The notes below the pieces were generated by a model, which ran no database searches, was not told the origin of the DNA, and was given only the letters and a program-made list of their open reading frames with translations. Below are positions 60,059 to 64,000 of a DNA stretch of 64,000 nucleotides, piece after piece. Source of the stretch: Candidatus Ozemobacteraceae bacterium. GTDB taxonomy: Bacteria > Muiribacteriota > Ozemobacteria > Ozemobacterales > Ozemobacteraceae. The stretch spans positions 1,536,001-1,600,000 of the forward strand of contig OZ223236.1 of assembly GCA_965140445.1 (NCBI GenBank), given 5' to 3'. Position 1 is the stretch's first letter. Every line of letters starts with the position of its first letter. A program made the position numbers and the translations under genes.

Positions 60059-60964
60059 ATGAATTCAATATCTGACTTGATAAACTTTTTAACAGAAAAA
60101 ATGTCTATGAGTGAGGTTTACCAGCCGCTAATCATAAGTGAACTTATTCGTGCTGGTGGTAAAATTGGGAAAAAGGATCTTGCTATTAAATTGGCTTCAT
60201 ATGACAAATCTATTCAGGAATACTATGAGAAAATCTTAATGAGATGGCCAAAAATAACTCTAGAAAAGCACGGGATTATTAAATATACAAAAGAAAACTC
60301 AATGTTTGAACTTGGATTTGAGATAAATGATTCTAATGAAGCTCGTAAAGCTGTAGAAATTTGTTCTAAGAAAATTGAAGAGTGGCTTGAGTTAAGAAAT
60401 AAGTCAAAAGACCCTGAAGTCAATGCTTCTAGAAGATATGAAGTGTTGAAAGCTTCTGGTGGGAAATGCGATTTATGTGGTATTAGCTCTAAACTTAGGC
60501 CCCTTGATGTAGATCATATTATTCCTCGGAGCAAAGCAAACAAATACGGGAAAGTTGTAAAAAATGGAAAGATAATTGATTTGCACTCATTAGAAAACCT
60601 TCAAGCTCTTTGTTTTAAATGCAATAGAGCAAAAAGAGACACTGATGATACCGATTTCAGAAAACGTGACAAGCTCGTAAGAGACTGTATCATACAAGAA
60701 ATTGAGCGATCCGGTCGAAAACCAAACTTTAAGGTTCTTAAGCAGAAGGAATTTGAAAATGCCCTTGAAGAAAAGCTTATAGAAGAAGTTGCAGAGTATT
60801 TAGATTCAAAGAATCCAGAAGAGTTGGCAGATATTCTCGAAGTAATTTTTGCAATAGCAGAGGCAAAAAAAGTATCTGAAAAGACTTTGATTGATATTCA
60901 AAAAGATAAAAAGCTAAAGAAAGGTGGTTTTACAAAACGCCATTTTTTGATGGGTGATTTATAA
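60059..60964 (+). CDS. HNH endonuclease fused to MazG-like nucleoside triphosphate pyrophosphohydrolase
   Basis: CDLCG..DVDHIIP..NLQALCFKCN; then KLVRD..KLIEEVAEY..EELADILEV..GGF. Confidence 0.85.
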   Translation: MNSISDLINFLTEKMSMSEVYQPLIISELIRAGGKIGKKDLAIKLASYDKSIQEYYEKILMRWPKITLEKHGIIKYTKENSMFELGFEINDSNEARKAVEICSKKIEEWLELRNKSKDPEVNASRRYEVLKASGGKCDLCGISSKLRPLDVDHIIPRSKANKYGKVVKNGKIIDLHSLENLQALCFKCNRAKRDTDDTDFRKRDKLVRDCIIQEIERSGRKPNFKVLKQKEFENALEEKLIEEVAEYLDSKNPEELADILEVIFAIAEAKKVSEKTLIDIQKDKKLKKGGFTKRHFLMGDL

Positions 60965-61013
60965 GGTTTCATCCTACGTTAAATAGTTTTTTCAATTTTG
61001 TTGAAGCCAGTTG

Positions 61014-61758
61014 CTATTTATTTGTAACTTCAAATCTTTTTTGGTGCATTCTTATAAACTCAAGGCTTGGTTTAAACTTCTTAGGTAACTTAATTTGCTT
61101 TCCTTCAGTTTCTAAAATAAAATTCAACTCCGAATTTTTGTTAGATTTTTTCATTCGATCTGAAACAACTGTTTTGAATTGATCATCAAATGTGATTAAG
61201 AATGAATCGAATGCCTTGTCATGCAGTAAGTTTAAACACAAACCGTTATGTGGGTTTAGTCTATTTTTTTTGTCTGTTGCCCAAGGGTTTATATGGCTTG
61301 CAATAAGCAATTCAGGTAAATTTATTCCTGTTAAGCAGCAGGAGTAGTCGTAAGAAGAAAGAATTGTAGCTCTAAACAGGCTTTGATGCTTTCGAATCAT
61401 AACTGTTGCAGTACAATCTGTTTCAAGTGTTTCATCAATTGGAATCGGATTGACAGCTTCACTTTTTTGGGGGTCTAGGGAAAGTTTTACTTTCTCGAAT
61501 TCATCGGAGAGCTTTTCAATATTGTTTCCAAATTGCCTTATCTATTTTACTAAAGTTAGACATACCTTTTTGCTGAATTGAATTATCAAGGCTTGCAAAA
61601 TTACCTAGTTTTAAGGCGACAGCGCTTGGAGTTCTTCCAATCATTTGTGCAAGCAAAATTATGTTTGGGTTTCTTTGATGCATTTTGCCAAAAGGTGTTC
61701 GACAATAAAGCTCAAAAGCTAAAATCGTTTCTTCTCGTGTCCAGTTACTCTTTTTCAA
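61014..61758 (-). pseudogene. frameshifted HNH restriction endonuclease-like gene
   Basis: 5' part (WTREETILAFELY..GRTPSAVALKLGNF) stops at 61516; the adjacent frame continues GNNIEKLS...QSLFRATILSSY..CCLTG..LIASHI.PW..NGLCL..LHDKAFD. Confidence 0.8.
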
Positions 61759-61779
61759 GTTTTTCCTCAGTAGTAATAA

Positions 61780-62637
61780 TCACAAATATTTAGCTTCTCT
61801 ATTGAACTTATTTTTAAGATGATAATCAAGGAATTCTTGGTTGCCAGGAAGAATTCTACGGAGTTTAAGATTTTCATTTATTGCCATTTTATTAGCATCT
61901 TCTCTGTTTAAACTCGGTGAAATGAGTATCTTTCCTGTATTGCTAAATGATATAAATCCCTTATCAAAAGCGCAGTCTAGAGCTGGATTTAATAAAAATC
62001 CATTAAAAGGATTTAAGCGCTCGGAATTATTTGATTCCTTCCATGGCTTTATGTGAGATGCCGTAAGAAATTCCAAGTTCTCCACTCCTGTAACTGAGCA
62101 TTTTCCCCAGTATTTTATCAGTTCATTTCTAAAGCTTGCTTGACCTATTCTAGTTTTGCCAATCTGTTCTCTTTCTGTCTCATGCAAGGTTAAGAATTCA
62201 TGAGAATTTGGGTCGATTGTTTCATAAAAGACTGGCTCTTCATTTGGTAATAAATTACTAAATGAGAACACAAACTCACTTGGTTTTGTTGTTTGTTCGA
62301 TAAATCGTAAAAGAAAAATCTCACCCAAAAAAAGAAAGTCAGAGTGGTGTCTGTTTCTATAAAATAGAAATATTTTTTCTCCATTTTCCTTTGCAGTTAC
62401 AATGCGTTTATCAGAACCATGCTTATTTTCGCCTTCCCAATGCAGTAATCCACCATCAATATAATCGTTATATTGGGTGAGAGCGCTTTGTTTTTCTTTG
62501 GTCACAAAAAGAACTATGACATTAGAGTTCTTGGGCGTTACTACTCCTTTAGAAATGGCTTGAAAGCTTTTATACCCCATTCTTTCAGCAATAAAATTCC
62601 TACTATACAGCTTGTTCAAAGAAAATTTCTCAAACAT
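61780..62637 (-). CDS. SRA/DUF3427-like domain + HNH endonuclease (type IV restriction-like)
   Basis: N-term VLFVTKEK..YNDY..LHWEGE..IFLFYR; C-term RIGQASFR, CSVTG, ASHIKPW, NPFNGFLL, DCAFDKGFISF. Confidence 0.8.
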   Translation of the reverse strand: MFEKFSLNKLYSRNFIAERMGYKSFQAISKGVVTPKNSNVIVLFVTKEKQSALTQYNDYIDGGLLHWEGENKHGSDKRIVTAKENGEKIFLFYRNRHHSDFLFLGEIFLLRFIEQTTKPSEFVFSFSNLLPNEEPVFYETIDPNSHEFLTLHETEREQIGKTRIGQASFRNELIKYWGKCSVTGVENLEFLTASHIKPWKESNNSERLNPFNGFLLNPALDCAFDKGFISFSNTGKILISPSLNREDANKMAINENLKLRRILPGNQEFLDYHLKNKFNREAKYL

Positions 62638-62664
62638 TCGCCTTATGTATCCTCTAAATTCTTT

Positions 62665-62955
62665 CTAATATTTTTTTACTAGCTTTGCTAATTCTAACAG
62701 TTGTGTTGCAGTAATTTCTAGATTTGGTTTTTCATTAGAATCTTCTAAGGATTCAATTTCATGCCAGTCATGATCATCTTCGTTTTGTATTTCAAATTGG
62801 AGCCGTGGAATATTTAATTGTTCCGGCACAAAGAATTGTTCGTCAAATAGAAATGGTTTAAGTTGCTCAATTTTGAGAGAGCCTTCAATGATTACCTCAT
62901 TGAAGAGTTTATAATTACTTGCATCTCGGTAAAGATAAGAAATTTTAGTATTCAT
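62665..62955 (-). CDS. conserved hypothetical protein
   Basis: MNTKISYLYRDASNYK..FVPEQL..DDHDWHE; likely start ATG 62955. Confidence 0.65.
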   Translation of the reverse strand: MNTKISYLYRDASNYKLFNEVIIEGSLKIEQLKPFLFDEQFFVPEQLNIPRLQFEIQNEDDHDWHEIESLEDSNEKPNLEITATQLLELAKLVKKY

Positions 62956-63085
62956 AATTCTCGATGAAAGATTAGTATTTTGACAACATTTTACCCTGGA
63001 AAAAGCTTCTTGCCAAATTTTGACGAACATCGCCACCAGAACTTTTGATTGAAAAGTCTTAGTTCTTCACAGGACTTCTCCAAAT

Positions 63086-63122
63086 AAAAAATCGCCCCGA
63101 AACCAAATTTCGGGGCGATTTT
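63086..63122 (-). terminator. intrinsic terminator
   Basis: AAAATCGCCCCGAAA...TTTCGGGGCGATTTT. Confidence 0.85.
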
Positions 63123-63139
63123 GTGTAATAGCTATTAAC

Positions 63140-64000
63140 TTAGAATTTAAACAATTTCTTCAAGTTTGGCATTTTGATTTTGTTGTTTTTCTTTTGGGTT
63201 GGGGCGGGGGCTGCTTCTTCCTCTTCTTCGTCGTCGTTATCAGATTCGTTGGCCGCATTCATTTGGGCCTGGATTTCTTCCATGGAAGGCATGCCCTGGC
63301 CCATTGATGAGTTCATTTGTGCGCTTCCTGATACCAGGCTGGCGATCATGTTTTTGGCGGCGGCGCGGTGCATTTGTTCTGCCTGGGTATTGTGGGTGAA
63401 GTTGATATTTGATGGGAGAGTAAAAGCATTTGCAGGAAAAGATGTTCCTGTTTTGATGCTTGAAACTTCGCTATTCATTTTAATTCCCATTACATTTGAG
63501 TTTGATTTCATTTCGATATTTGTTCCGCTCATTACGAAGCTGGTTACTCCCATAATGGTTACTTTATCGCAATCGTATCCCTGAATTTTAGCTGCGTTTC
63601 TTATAATTTCTCCTTGCATTCCAGCTACCAGAGTAACTCCGAGTTTTTCAGCGTTTGCTGTGGCTTTGGCTTTGTCTGCTGCTGAAAGCTTGTTAAATTC
63701 TTCGAGCATGAATTTTTTGGGGTTTGCTACTTTGGTTCCAGTTTTTTTACTTAGATTGGCAGCGTAGACCCAGTCTGTAGTAGTAAGCTCAAAGGTGTTT
63801 GTTTTCTGCTTCATTCCGAATATTTTCATTTCTGTTTGGCGGTGCTTGGCCATGGTTTTGCCGCCATCTTTTATGTAAAGGGTTTGGGTTCCACGCTCAG
63901 TTCCAGTAATTTTGTAAGAAATTGTGGCTTCTGCAAATGGGAGCTTTTTTTCCCATGGTGTTGCCTGCCCAAAACTTGGAATTGCAAGTGCTGTGAGTAA
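63140..64000 (-). CDS. secreted hypothetical protein (DUF4412-like), 5' end beyond window
   Basis: Frame stays open to 64000 (LLTALAIPSFGQATPWEKKLPF...); IQGYDC and AFTLP motifs; acidic tail. Confidence 0.7.
   Translation of the reverse strand, partial: LLTALAIPSFGQATPWEKKLPFAEATISYKITGTERGTQTLYIKDGGKTMAKHRQTEMKIFGMKQKTNTFELTTTDWVYAANLSKKTGTKVANPKKFMLEEFNKLSAADKAKATANAEKLGVTLVAGMQGEIIRNAAKIQGYDCDKVTIMGVTSFVMSGTNIEMKSNSNVMGIKMNSEVSSIKTGTSFPANAFTLPSNINFTHNTQAEQMHRAAAKNMIASLVSGSAQMNSSMGQGMPSMEEIQAQMNAANESDNDDEEEEEAAPAPTQKKNNKIKMPNLKKLFKF

Noticed and set aside
61516..61518. TGA as selenocysteine or readthrough
   Set aside because: A second in-frame TGA follows five codons later; the homologous sequence continues in a different frame
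59930..63030. TGCCAAA-containing similarity at both ends of the HNH islet as att sites
   Set aside because: Match is too short and imperfect for AT-rich DNA
3309..63584. Numerous 60-140 aa ORFs nested in or antisense to long genes
   Set aside because: No RBS or motifs; expected by chance opposite real coding sequence

Overview
AT-rich bacterial chromosomal window from a diderm, probably anaerobic organism (flavodiiron protein, EFR1-type ferredoxin, outer-membrane barrels). The gene style (many orphan secreted proteins, minor-pilin clusters with giant adhesins) resembles Ca. Riflebacteria, but that is inference only. Contents: partial fprA, floA, a Ca/Na antiporter, a GH73 muramidase lipoprotein with a secreted partner, a PadR-PspC/DUF4097 operon, two tRNAs (Gln-CTG, Leu-GAG), a two-gene surface-fibre locus (repeat lipoprotein with three near-identical 252-bp repeats plus a tail-fibre-like DUF1566 protein), a cyclase-ATPase-TPR protein, two divergent type IV minor-pilin clusters, lepB, a metal ABC/porin operon, and a nuclease-rich defence islet near 60-63 kb. 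Most notable: (1) a His/Cys-rich, CxxC- and RSPP-bearing DUF2946/CruR-like leader ORF that may be a metal-sensing ribosome-arrest peptide for the porin + ABC metal-uptake operon; (2) an HNH nuclease fused to a MazG-like pyrophosphatase next to two other HNH nucleases; (3) pilin clusters coupled to a cell-wall amidase and to a Skp-like chaperone plus a 1521-aa adhesin. No CRISPR array, rRNA, integrase, transposase or reverse transcriptase was seen. All family assignments come from motif recognition by eye; no database search was run.
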